64,000 nucleotides of DNA from Candidatus Hydrothermarchaeales archaeon (GTDB lineage Archaea > Hydrothermarchaeota > Hydrothermarchaeia > Hydrothermarchaeales > JAZGAD01), in the NCBI GenBank assembly GCA_036444275.1, contig JAZGAD010000010.1, forward strand, positions 1 to 64,000, written 5' to 3'. Positions 50,529-58,607 of this stretch are shown piece after piece (the stretch's first letter is position 1; each line of letters opens with the position of its first letter). Under the pieces are notes generated by a model, which was not told where the DNA came from, did not search any database, and saw only the letters and a list, made by a program, of their open reading frames with translations. Made by a program: the position numbers and the translations under genes.

Positions 50529-51569
50529 ATGAAGATAGGAATGATGACCGCTTGGAACCAAGATGTAGGACCTTCTATTCATGCCGAGCTGATCGGCAGA
50601 GAATGGGTGAAGATGGGTCATGAGCTTAGAATTTTTTCCTTCCTTAAGTCAGATTTTCATGGCACAGCCATTGTTGGTCAGGATGAGGAGTATGTGCTCC
50701 GATGTTTTACTACATCTACGGCAGAAAGACCATTTTTGGATGCTCGTCCCTTCGTAGAATTCCATCCCGATATTTTCATTACCCAAGATCTTGGGACGTT
50801 GCCAATGGATGCTCTCGCAAAGATTTTCCACCTTATAAAAAAAGAAGCAAAGACGATAACCGTGATCCACGATCGAATGCTTTCATCAAATCCATCTTTT
50901 TATCAATTTGAATGGGATGCGATTATTTGTAGCGATAAAAGGTACGTAGAATTTCTTAAAGAGGCTTATCCAGAGGAAAAAATCTATGTAATACCCCATC
51001 CATACAATAAGTGGAGAGCCGGGGATAAGATTCGGGCAAGAAAGAAATTAGATCTGCCACTCGATAAGAAGATTATCCTGAACTTTGGTCAAAGAGTAAA
51101 GGATTTCAAAGAAACACTTCCTGCGATTTCCGAACTTCAGTCCAACTATCCGATTCTTGTTTTGGTAGTTACCAGAGAAGAAATAGAAGAACTCAGAAGA
51201 GAAACAACTTTACCAATTGAGATAAGGGAAGAGAGCCCATGTATAGAAAGGGTTTATGAGTATTTACACGCATCAGATGCCATGGTACTTCACCGTAAAT
51301 CTATTGAGGGGATTGTCTATTCAAGCACCACTTATCAGTGCTTAGGATCAGGTTGTTCCGTCGTTGCGCTAAACTCAAACTTCTTCCAGCCATTTGGTGT
51401 GGAAGTCTTAAAATATGATGACTTAGCGGGCTTAAAGGAGTGCCTAATCGATATATTTAAAGAAGGAAAAAGATATAAAACAGCAAAATTATTAGCGGAA
51501 AGGGTGGTAAAAAGAAATACTCCACAAGAGATAGCAACTAAATTCATTAAACTTTTTGAATCGCTGTGA
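50529..51569 (+). CDS. GT-B glycosyltransferase, paralog of 52326-53369
   Basis: MKIGMMTAWN.D.G..IHAE..G..W.KMGH, DFHG....DEEYV.RCF, FYQFEWD and SST.YQ.LG.GC are shared with the downstream paralog. Confidence 0.7.
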   Translation: MKIGMMTAWNQDVGPSIHAELIGREWVKMGHELRIFSFLKSDFHGTAIVGQDEEYVLRCFTTSTAERPFLDARPFVEFHPDIFITQDLGTLPMDALAKIFHLIKKEAKTITVIHDRMLSSNPSFYQFEWDAIICSDKRYVEFLKEAYPEEKIYVIPHPYNKWRAGDKIRARKKLDLPLDKKIILNFGQRVKDFKETLPAISELQSNYPILVLVVTREEIEELRRETTLPIEIREESPCIERVYEYLHASDAMVLHRKSIEGIVYSSTTYQCLGSGCSVVALNSNFFQPFGVEVLKYDDLAGLKECLIDIFKEGKRYKTAKLLAERVVKRNTPQEIATKFIKLFESL

Positions 51570-51710
51570 TGGGTAAAATGAAATCTAAAACTTTTGTTGG
51601 TAGAGAGAATAAATTAAAGCTACTGGAACACTATTTTGAAGAAACCATCAAAAACAAAAAAAGGCATTGTTATTTTGCTTACATGAGGAAATAGGTATTG
51701 GCAAACAGAC
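51569..51710 (+). pseudogene. 5' stub of an AAA/STAND ATPase gene
   Basis: MGKMKSKTFVGRENKLKLLEHYFEE, then a frameshifted Walker A remnant GIVILLT../EEIGIGK. Confidence 0.6.
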
Positions 51711-52042
51711 GCTTAACACCCTGGGGCAGCTGGCAGGTTCTTGCTGAAGGCCGAGAATATAAGGTAAAACTGATTAAAGTGAAGCCAGGGCACCGCTTTA
51801 GCCTCCAGTTGCATAATCGTAGAGATGAGCACTGGATGGTTGTTTCAGGTCAAGCAAGAGTAGAGATTGGAGACAAAACAGTTAAAGCTAAACCCGGAAA
51901 ATACATATTCATTCCTAAAAAGACGAAGCACCGGCTGCAAAATCCGGGAAAGAGTCGTCTCGTGGTAATTGAGGTTCAAAGGGGTAAATATCTAGAAGAG
52001 GACGATATTGTTCGCCAAGAAGATAATTATGGAAGGTCATGA
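51698..52042 (+). CDS. Mannose-6-phosphate isomerase type II cupin domain (ManC C-terminal-like)
   Basis: PWGSW, KVK.I.VKPG...SLQ.H..R.EHW.VV.G, HRL.NPG and IEVQ.G.YL.EDDIVR..D.YGR. Confidence 0.9.
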   Translation: MANRRLTPWGSWQVLAEGREYKVKLIKVKPGHRFSLQLHNRRDEHWMVVSGQARVEIGDKTVKAKPGKYIFIPKKTKHRLQNPGKSRLVVIEVQRGKYLEEDDIVRQEDNYGRS

Positions 52043-52302
52043 AACTTAATTCAGAGATTTTTAGAGAGCACGATATAAGGGGAGTGGTTGATAAGGACTT
52101 GGATCCGGAGGTGGTGGAAGAAATTGGTAGGGCCTTTGGGGCTTATATTGGGAAGGGTAAGGTGGCGGTAGGACAGAGGGGATATTGAGATAATGAGCAA
52201 AGATTTAAAACTTAGCAACTAGAGTTAGAAGAGATTAATGATATCTTCATCGAAAGGCTTAAGAAGTATCCTCAAATGGACATTAAGCCGTTTAGAGGAT
52301 AA
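52039..52302 (+). pseudogene. Phosphomannomutase/phosphoglucomutase gene with large internal deletion
   Basis: MKLNSEIFREHDIRGVVDKDLDPEVVEEIGRAFGAYIGKGKVAVG is the PMM/PGM N-terminus. It stops at 52188 and is followed by a probable C-terminal remnant LEEINDIFIERLKKYP. Confidence 0.8.
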
Positions 52303-52325
52303 TTATTTTGGAAGGAGGCTAGAGG

Positions 52326-53369
52326 ATGAGAATTGCTATGATGAGTGCTTGGAACACAGATAGTGGAGTAGCTGTACATGCAGAACCATTGGGCAAAGCC
52401 TGGATAAAGATGGGACATAAGTTAACTGTATTTACTTTCATCAAGGATGACTTCCATGGGGAGGGGTTTACCGGCGAAGATGAGGAGTATGTAGTCAGAT
52501 GTTTTGGCACTCAAGAGCATACCAACTTCTTAGACCCCCGGCCTATCCTCACCACGGACTTTGATATCTTCGTAGTTCAGGATTTAAGGATACTTCCAGT
52601 AGAAAAATTAGCCAAAGTATTTAGCCTGATTAAACAGCGGGCCATGACAATACATATAGTTCATGAAAATAAATTACCTGATGATGCCTGGTTTTATCAA
52701 TTTGACTGGGACAAGGTAGTCTATTTTGATCAGAGGCAGGAATTCCTAAAAGAGATATACCCTGACGCTAAACTTATCCCTTTTCCTTGTTATGAACTAA
52801 GAAGGCGTGATAAGCTTGAGGCAAAAAAGAGGTTAGAGCTCCCCCTGGATAAGAAAATCATCTACTCTTTTGGCCAACGCGGCTATCATTCCTATCTTCG
52901 AAACTTACCTGATGAGATTAAAGATAAGGCAGTGCTTCTACATGTTGTCTCCAAAGAATACCAGATGCTTGAAGAGGAATCTCCTCCCGATTGGATGATT
53001 ATTAGAAGAGAGGATGTTTTATCCCGCGAGAAATTTAATGACTATCTCTTTGCCTCGGATGCGGCTATTTTTCATAAGTTCCAGAGCCGTTATCATGCCG
53101 TTGTTTCCTCTACGGTCTTTCAGGCATTAGGTTGTGGTTGCCCAATCTTAGTTCCCCGGCAATCGGATTTCTTTCATCCTATGCAGAATGAGGTCATACG
53201 TTATGGAGATACTCCCGACTTAAATAGGAAGCTGCTTGAATTATTTGGAGATGAACAGACATCTCAAACAGTCCAAGACGCAGCAGAAGGGTTTGTGTCA
53301 ATGAATTCACCAGAAAAAATTGCCAAAAGGTATATCGGGCTATTTACTGAGGTCTTAAGAGCAAGATAA
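52326..53369 (+). CDS. GT-B glycosyltransferase, paralog of 50529-51569
   Basis: MRIAMMSAWNTDSGVAVHAE, DFHGE, FYQFDWD and SSTVFQALGCGCP; GGAGG RBS. Confidence 0.7.
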   Translation: MRIAMMSAWNTDSGVAVHAEPLGKAWIKMGHKLTVFTFIKDDFHGEGFTGEDEEYVVRCFGTQEHTNFLDPRPILTTDFDIFVVQDLRILPVEKLAKVFSLIKQRAMTIHIVHENKLPDDAWFYQFDWDKVVYFDQRQEFLKEIYPDAKLIPFPCYELRRRDKLEAKKRLELPLDKKIIYSFGQRGYHSYLRNLPDEIKDKAVLLHVVSKEYQMLEEESPPDWMIIRREDVLSREKFNDYLFASDAAIFHKFQSRYHAVVSSTVFQALGCGCPILVPRQSDFFHPMQNEVIRYGDTPDLNRKLLELFGDEQTSQTVQDAAEGFVSMNSPEKIAKRYIGLFTEVLRAR

Positions 53370-53404
53370 GATGTGCAAGAAAAATTTTATCATCGAGCCA
53401 TTTT

Positions 53405-53677
53405 GTGGATTATCCAAACAACCCAATTTTAGCTCCGGCAAAAGGTTTCACCTCACAAGGAATATATAACCCTACAGTGATTAAAGAAGGAAAAAAATTC
53501 TTTATGCTATTCAGGGCTGAGGCAGAAGATGAGTTGACGGGAAGGATAGGGCTTGCTAAAAGTAGTGATGGCATCCAATTTAGCTTGCACCCCGAACCAG
53601 TAATAGTGCCTTCTGCGGATTTCGATAAGTTCGGCTGTGAAGACCCCCGGGTGGTGAGATTTAAAGATACTAAGTAA
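53405..53677 (+). pseudogene. Truncated GH130-family glycosidase/phosphorylase (N-terminal 90 aa)
   Basis: NPIL.P, IYNP, MLFRA, RIGLA.S.DG..F and GCEDPRV, then an abrupt stop. Confidence 0.8.
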
Positions 53678-53680
53678 AAT

Positions 53681-53931
53681 GTGGGAAGAATCAAGATTGC
53701 TATTATAGGAGTAGGCAACTGCGCCAGTTCTCTGGTGCAAGGTTTATGGTTCTATAAAGATTCATCAGAAGAAAAAGTTATCGGCTTAATGCACTACGAT
53801 GTTGGTGGGTACAAGGTATGGGATTTGAGGTAGCGGCTGCCTTTGATATCGATAAGCGAAAGGTTGGCAAGCCCTTGAATGAGGCGATATTTGCCAGGCC
53901 GAACTGCAGGAGAATTTATAAAATTATTTAA
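53681..53931 (+). pseudogene. ino1: 5' fragment of myo-inositol-1-phosphate synthase, frameshifted
   Basis: [26 protein letters not shown]...[14 protein letters not shown] / [27 protein letters not shown]; frameshift near 53825. Confidence 0.85.
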
Positions 53932-53955
53932 CAAGTTGTTATAAGGGGTAATGTA

Positions 53956-55125
53956 ATGAACACTTTGGAAGAATTAGGAGATGGCAAGGTTATCGAAATC
54001 GAATCAGGAGCGACCATTTTTAAACTGGAGTCCGATGAAAAAAACCCTATTGTCAGACCCCAAGACCTCGGGCTCACCTGGAATGAGAATGGCGAATCGA
54101 AGATTGGGGCAGTTTTCAACGGTGGGGCTGAATTTTTCGAGAATAAGGTTATTCTTTTGCCAAGGTGTCATAGAGATTACCGAAAGGGCGAATTCTTTGA
54201 CGAAAAGTTAGGCATTGAGAGGACCTGCCTGGAAAACTACATTTCCGAGGTTTGGCCTTTGGTGAGCGAGGATGGCGTCCACTTCACCAGATTCCATAAC
54301 GTGGTAATCCGGGGCGATGGCACCGACCATCAGGACTTTACCTACGGAATAGAGGACATCCGAATCGTTAAGTACGGCCGGAGATACCTGCTGATCGGGT
54401 GTGGGAAGATAAAACCTCCGTTTAAAGGCGGCAATGCGGATCGAATTGCCATTTACACAACCAAAGATTTTGTGAAGATTAACTATCAGGGCATAGTGGA
54501 CTCCTTTGACTCGCGCAATGCGGTTCCCTTCTCCGAGCCGGTAAATGGACAACACTGGATACTCCTGCGTTTTCATACTAATATTCACATAGATTTTCTT
54601 GAAGCCGGCATAAATCAATTGCTGAATCCTTCCCAGCACACAGAACAGTGGGATGAAATCTATGAGCGACAGAGCCAGAATCTCCTTTTAGAAGCTGGGC
54701 ACTACCCGCACGAAAAGCAGAAAATCGGCCCGGGCCCCCAGGTGCTCAGAACCGATAGGGGTTGGTTGCTCATCTACCATGCTGTTGGTGAGATAGAATA
54801 TAATATCTGCAAAGCCTACGGGTTGACGGAAAAAATTGAAAGAGGATACTCCATCTGCGCTGCCCTTTTGGACTTAGACGATCCACGAAAGGTGCTTTGT
54901 CGAACCAGAAATCCAATCTATATTCCTTCAACCCCTTACGAATTATATGGTAACGATCAATATCCAGTGGATGTGTCTGCAGTCGTTTTTCCCATGGGTG
55001 CTATTGTTCGAAAAGAAAAACTGATTCTCTATGCCGGAGCTGGCGATAAATACATCATCCTTTTGAGCTGCGATCTTGATAACTTAGTTAATTATTTATG
55101 GGAGTATTGCAAGTACATTGCATAG
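53956..55125 (+). CDS. GH130-like beta-propeller glycosidase/mannoside phosphorylase
   Basis: NPIVRP, AVFNGG, GIEDIRI, KIGPG, GWLLIYHAV, ALLDLDDPRKV, VVFPMG and YAGAGD motifs. Confidence 0.82.
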   Translation: MNTLEELGDGKVIEIESGATIFKLESDEKNPIVRPQDLGLTWNENGESKIGAVFNGGAEFFENKVILLPRCHRDYRKGEFFDEKLGIERTCLENYISEVWPLVSEDGVHFTRFHNVVIRGDGTDHQDFTYGIEDIRIVKYGRRYLLIGCGKIKPPFKGGNADRIAIYTTKDFVKINYQGIVDSFDSRNAVPFSEPVNGQHWILLRFHTNIHIDFLEAGINQLLNPSQHTEQWDEIYERQSQNLLLEAGHYPHEKQKIGPGPQVLRTDRGWLLIYHAVGEIEYNICKAYGLTEKIERGYSICAALLDLDDPRKVLCRTRNPIYIPSTPYELYGNDQYPVDVSAVVFPMGAIVRKEKLILYAGAGDKYIILLSCDLDNLVNYLWEYCKYIA

Positions 55126-55149
55126 GAACTACCATTGACTTGGCACATC

Positions 55150-55219
55150 GCCTAACAACGGCTAAAAGGCTCCGCCCAAATTTGCTCCGCTAACTTCTTT
55201 TATCCGCAATACGTTAGGT
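55150..55219 (+). other. attC site 1
   Basis: R'' GCCTAAC (55150-56), R' GTTAGGT (55213-19); inner arms CGGCTAAAAG / CTTTTATCCG. Confidence 0.8.
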
Positions 55220-55267
55220 GAAATGCCTAAGCCCGCTTTGATGGTAAAATTAAAATAAGAATATGTC

Positions 55268-55588
55268 ATGGGTGACTGTATGAAAGGCAAAAACACTCTT
55301 ACAGAAATAATGGACATCTTTAAAAAATATGAAAAGGAACTGAACAGAAGGTACGGGATCAAAAAGATTGGGATATTTGGCTCGTACCTAAGAAGCGAAG
55401 CTGGAGAGGAGAGCGATCTAGATATACTTGTAGAATTTGAACAAGACGTAGATATAGGGCTTTTAAAATTTGTAGAGATAGAGAACTATCTGAGTGACCT
55501 TCTTGGTGTTAAAGTGGATTTGGTGGAAAAATCTGCATTAAAACCGAGGATAGGACGGCGTATATTGAAAGAGGTTGTTTACGCATGA
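55268..55588 (+). CDS. MntA-type nucleotidyltransferase antitoxin (cassette 2)
   Basis: [23 protein letters not shown] and LGVKVDLV motifs. Confidence 0.92.
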   Translation: MGDCMKGKNTLTEIMDIFKKYEKELNRRYGIKKIGIFGSYLRSEAGEESDLDILVEFEQDVDIGLLKFVEIENYLSDLLGVKVDLVEKSALKPRIGRRILKEVVYA

Positions 55589-55929
55589 AGAGAGAGGTTG
55601 GAGACTATATTCAAGATGTCATCGACGCTACGAATAAAGGCATGAGATTTGTTGAGGGTGTGGAATATGAAGATTTCATTCATGATGATAAAACCGTATT
55701 TGCTGTGATAAGAGCTATAGAGGTTATTGGTGAAGCAGTCAAAAATATACCTGAAGATGTAAAAATGGAGTATCCCGAAATTCCCTGGAGAGATATTGCC
55801 GGAATGAGAGATAAGCTTATTCATGCTTATTTTGGAGTTAGCATCAAAAGAGTATGGAAAGCTATAAAAGAAGAAATTCCTCCATTAAAACCTGTATTTG
55901 AAAAAATGCTTAAGGACTTAGAAAAATGA
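55585..55929 (+). CDS. HepT/DUF86 HEPN toxin (cassette 2)
   Basis: EVIGEAVK and [21 protein letters not shown] (RX4HXY); ATGA overlap with the antitoxin gene. Confidence 0.92.
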   Translation: MKREVGDYIQDVIDATNKGMRFVEGVEYEDFIHDDKTVFAVIRAIEVIGEAVKNIPEDVKMEYPEIPWRDIAGMRDKLIHAYFGVSIKRVWKAIKEEIPPLKPVFEKMLKDLEK

Positions 55930-56005
55930 GGTCTATAATATTCGGTAGGCTTGGGTACTCTGCGGATTTGCATTGCAAATCCTTGCCCTCGCTATCGCTC
56001 GGGTC

Positions 56006-56156
56006 GCCTAACAGGCGGGTATGCGGTTCGAAATGATGAAAAGTGGTCTCACCCAGATTCCTTTGACAACGGTTATATTCAGCTTTCACATTGCTCTCAC
56101 CTGATGAAATCGGGATGCTCGCAGTCGGCACTTCGCATACCCGCGAAACGTTAGAC
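56006..56156 (+). other. attC site 2
   Basis: R'' GCCTAAC (56006-12), R' GTTAGAC (56150-56); perfect 11-bp arms GCGGGTATGCG / CGCATACCCGC. Confidence 0.82.
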
Positions 56157-56200
56157 GCAATAAATTTCAATAGTTTGATTTTATATGGAGATATACAATC

Positions 56201-56635
56201 ATGAAAAAGTTTCGAGATGTCGATGAGATAAAAGTAAAATTAGAAGAAGTGAATGCCTTATTTGAAAAAGGTGATCTTGCATGTTTTTTGTATCTATCAA
56301 GTTATATTGAAGATCGCCTGAAACGTAATCTAATGGTTCATTGTTTGTCAGAAGACAGATATTCTAAAGAGATTGAACATTATATTTTCAACTTAAATCT
56401 CTATAATTTAATTGAAATATCCAACTTATTCGGATTAATTACTAAAGAAACTTATACGGATTTGGAAATTTATAGAAAGTTTAGAAATGAATTGTTTCAT
56501 GATGCAATTTTCAATGAAGCAATTGATAGAGAGTATGAGAAATATTATTCATTAGGTTGTAAAATAATATGTGAACTTCATGACACGGGTGTCGAAATAT
56601 GCGACGCAATAACCAAAAAAGTAGACATTTCCTAA
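56201..56635 (+). CDS. Hypothetical helical protein with HEPN-like RX4H motif (cassette 3)
   Basis: IE..LK...; YRKFRNELFHD; AT-rich; GGAG RBS. Confidence 0.6.
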   Translation: MKKFRDVDEIKVKLEEVNALFEKGDLACFLYLSSYIEDRLKRNLMVHCLSEDRYSKEIEHYIFNLNLYNLIEISNLFGLITKETYTDLEIYRKFRNELFHDAIFNEAIDREYEKYYSLGCKIICELHDTGVEICDAITKKVDIS

Positions 56636-56645
56636 AATTTACATC

Positions 56646-56729
56646 GCCTAACAGAGCGTATCTGGTTCGCTATCGCTCACCTAAATCTCTCCCGTTGCCT
56701 GAACTTCAGATACGCTCGGAACGTTATAT
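56646..56729 (+). other. attC site 3
   Basis: R'' GCCTAAC (56646-52), R' GTTATAT (56723-29); perfect 11-bp arms GAGCGTATCTG / CAGATACGCTC. Confidence 0.85.
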
Positions 56730-56785
56730 GCAATTTCAAAGAAGTTACTATTCCCCAATTTGAGTTATTAAAGGAGGTCTAACTT

Positions 56786-57697
56786 ATGTCAATGAAGTCT
56801 AAAAGAAAAGACCCCACACCTAAACAGAAAGAAAAATTGCTCTCTATGAATGCGGGAGTTTGCTGTGTATGCAAAACAAGAGGGCAAGGTGTTAATTTTC
56901 ATCATATTGACGGTGACAATACCAACACTGTCATTGAAAACTTAGCTGTTCTTTGCATCAAGGATCATGATGCATATCATAGACCTCAGGTTTATACAGA
57001 GATGAAACATTTAGAGCTTGGAGCTGAAAAGATATTAAAATGCAAGCTTGAATGGGAATCATTTATAAAAGCAGCACAAAAAGAAAGTCCCAAAGTGCTA
57101 GCTGTAATAAATATTTACGGGACTGAAGAAAGCATACATTCTATGAGATTAATTTTCCAGACAATTGAATCAAAAATAATTTTTGAACGACTATATCATC
57201 TACTTACAGGATCACCTAAAAGTTGGATAGATTCTGCAATTGATGAAGTTCGCTGGCTTGGATCAAATATTCCACTTTCAATAGTAGATAAACCACTTCC
57301 AATTGAATATTGCCCTTGCTGTGATAAATCTTTAGCGAATGTAATTGATAGTAATGTTGCAAAGAGGATAACGGCAAGCAATTGGGAACAAAATTCTATC
57401 TGTTCTATTTATATCAATCCTTCACAACCTTCTTTGGCAATTATACTATTGTATGAAAAAGAAGTTCTTCTTACCGGATCACTTCATAAATGTGGTGAAT
57501 GCCTACATTTCATTTGTGATAATTTCGAGGAAAGAGTTCCAATTAAAAAATCGCCCAGCGTGAGAACTCAGGCAACTAGAATTTTATCTAAAGTTTTAAG
57601 TGAGTGGCACCCAGCCCAAATACTTATTGGAACAGGAGATGAAGATAATCCTGAGATCATTGACAATTTGAACCTATCACGAATATGGGAGAATTAA
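56786..57697 (+). CDS. HNH endonuclease-domain protein (cassette 4)
   Basis: CCVC...FHHIDGDNTNTVIENLAVLCIKDHDAYH; additional CPCC and HKC..C; GGAGG RBS. Confidence 0.8.
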   Translation: MSMKSKRKDPTPKQKEKLLSMNAGVCCVCKTRGQGVNFHHIDGDNTNTVIENLAVLCIKDHDAYHRPQVYTEMKHLELGAEKILKCKLEWESFIKAAQKESPKVLAVINIYGTEESIHSMRLIFQTIESKIIFERLYHLLTGSPKSWIDSAIDEVRWLGSNIPLSIVDKPLPIEYCPCCDKSLANVIDSNVAKRITASNWEQNSICSIYINPSQPSLAIILLYEKEVLLTGSLHKCGECLHFICDNFEERVPIKKSPSVRTQATRILSKVLSEWHPAQILIGTGDEDNPEIIDNLNLSRIWEN

Positions 57698-57735
57698 GAT
57701 TATTACTCAAATAACTCAAATTATGATGAAACGGC

Positions 57736-57798
57736 GTATAACAGAGCATACCTGGCTTCGTGCCTTCGGCGGACTTCAGATACACGCAACCGTTAAGT
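57736..57798 (+). other. attC site 4
   Basis: R'' GTATAAC (57736-42), R' GTTAAGT (57792-98); imperfect arms GAGCATACCTG / CAGATACACGC, closely related to attC3. Confidence 0.78.
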
Positions 57799-57839
57799 GA
57801 AAAAGCCCAAAGTTTATTGAATTAAAATGAGGCAAATCC

Positions 57840-58364
57840 GTGAAAGATAATAAACTTCAACAGCTCAAAGTTGTAATCTCCCTTCTTGAGAAGTATAATA
57901 AAATCGAAGAAAAATTAAAAGAGCTCAAAATCGTTCGAACGAGAAAGGTTATCTCAGAAGTTGGCGAGTGGTATGTCTCTATTCTTTTTAATTGTAAAAT
58001 AAATACTAACCCGTCTGAAAAAGGATTCGATTGTATTGACCCTGAGACTGGGAAGAAGATTGAAATAAAGACTATCAGAAAATCAGAAAGTAATCCTATT
58101 GGCTATAGGTTATCTAAGGATAAAGTCGAGCGGCAAATTTTTGATGAACTTATTATTTTGAGGTTGGGAGATAATTTTCGGATAAGACAATTGTTTAAGT
58201 TGGATAGAGATGATATTTCGGAGGAGAATTTTTCCCTTCTTAGCAGTGCGAAATATAATTTGAGTTGGAATTCCTTAAAAAAGGGAAACTTCGAAGTTAC
58301 TCATGAAAATGCTTTACAAAGAGGGTTAGATGATATAGAAGTATTTAGAATGCTAATGGAATAA
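57840..58364 (+). CDS. Putative PD-(D/E)XK nuclease-fold protein (cassette 5)
   Basis: EVGEWYV...SEKGFDCID...KKIEIKT pattern. Confidence 0.65.
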   Translation: MKDNKLQQLKVVISLLEKYNKIEEKLKELKIVRTRKVISEVGEWYVSILFNCKINTNPSEKGFDCIDPETGKKIEIKTIRKSESNPIGYRLSKDKVERQIFDELIILRLGDNFRIRQLFKLDRDDISEENFSLLSSAKYNLSWNSLKKGNFEVTHENALQRGLDDIEVFRMLME

Positions 58365-58377
58365 TATGGGCTTCTTC

Positions 58378-58453
58378 GCCTAACAGTGTGTTTGCGAAGT
58401 GCCGAAGGCATTTGGGTGAGCATGATGCACCGCAAACACACGAACCATTACGC
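58378..58453 (+). other. attC site 5 (terminal, degenerate R')
   Basis: R'' GCCTAAC (58378-84); perfect 11-bp arms GTGTGTTTGCG / CGCAAACACAC; the R' position reads ATTACGC (58447-53). Confidence 0.75.
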
Positions 58454-58607
58454 GACATTGCGAAATATAAGAATTTGCGTCTTTTAGATATTCAAAATGG
58501 AAATTTCAGGCGCAGTTATTCTTGAATACCAAAAGTGACCTAGTGAATTTCCTAAATACTTAAATACAATCCATAATCCCTTTTTATTATCTGAATGGGG
58601 ACGAAGT

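Larger units (their letters stand above)
46762..58453 (+). mobile_element. Integron-like locus: recombinase, attI and five cassettes
   Basis: Recombinase followed by a GTTRRRY core and five RYYYAAC...GTTRRRY-type hairpins separating co-oriented, mostly AT-rich genes. Confidence 0.88.

Noticed and set aside
55150-58453. Recurring TCGCCTAAC...ACTTC...CGTTA motifs considered as a CRISPR or REP-type repeat
   Set aside because: The units are separated by whole genes, vary in length and internal sequence, and have attC architecture. No constant repeat-spacer period and no cas genes.
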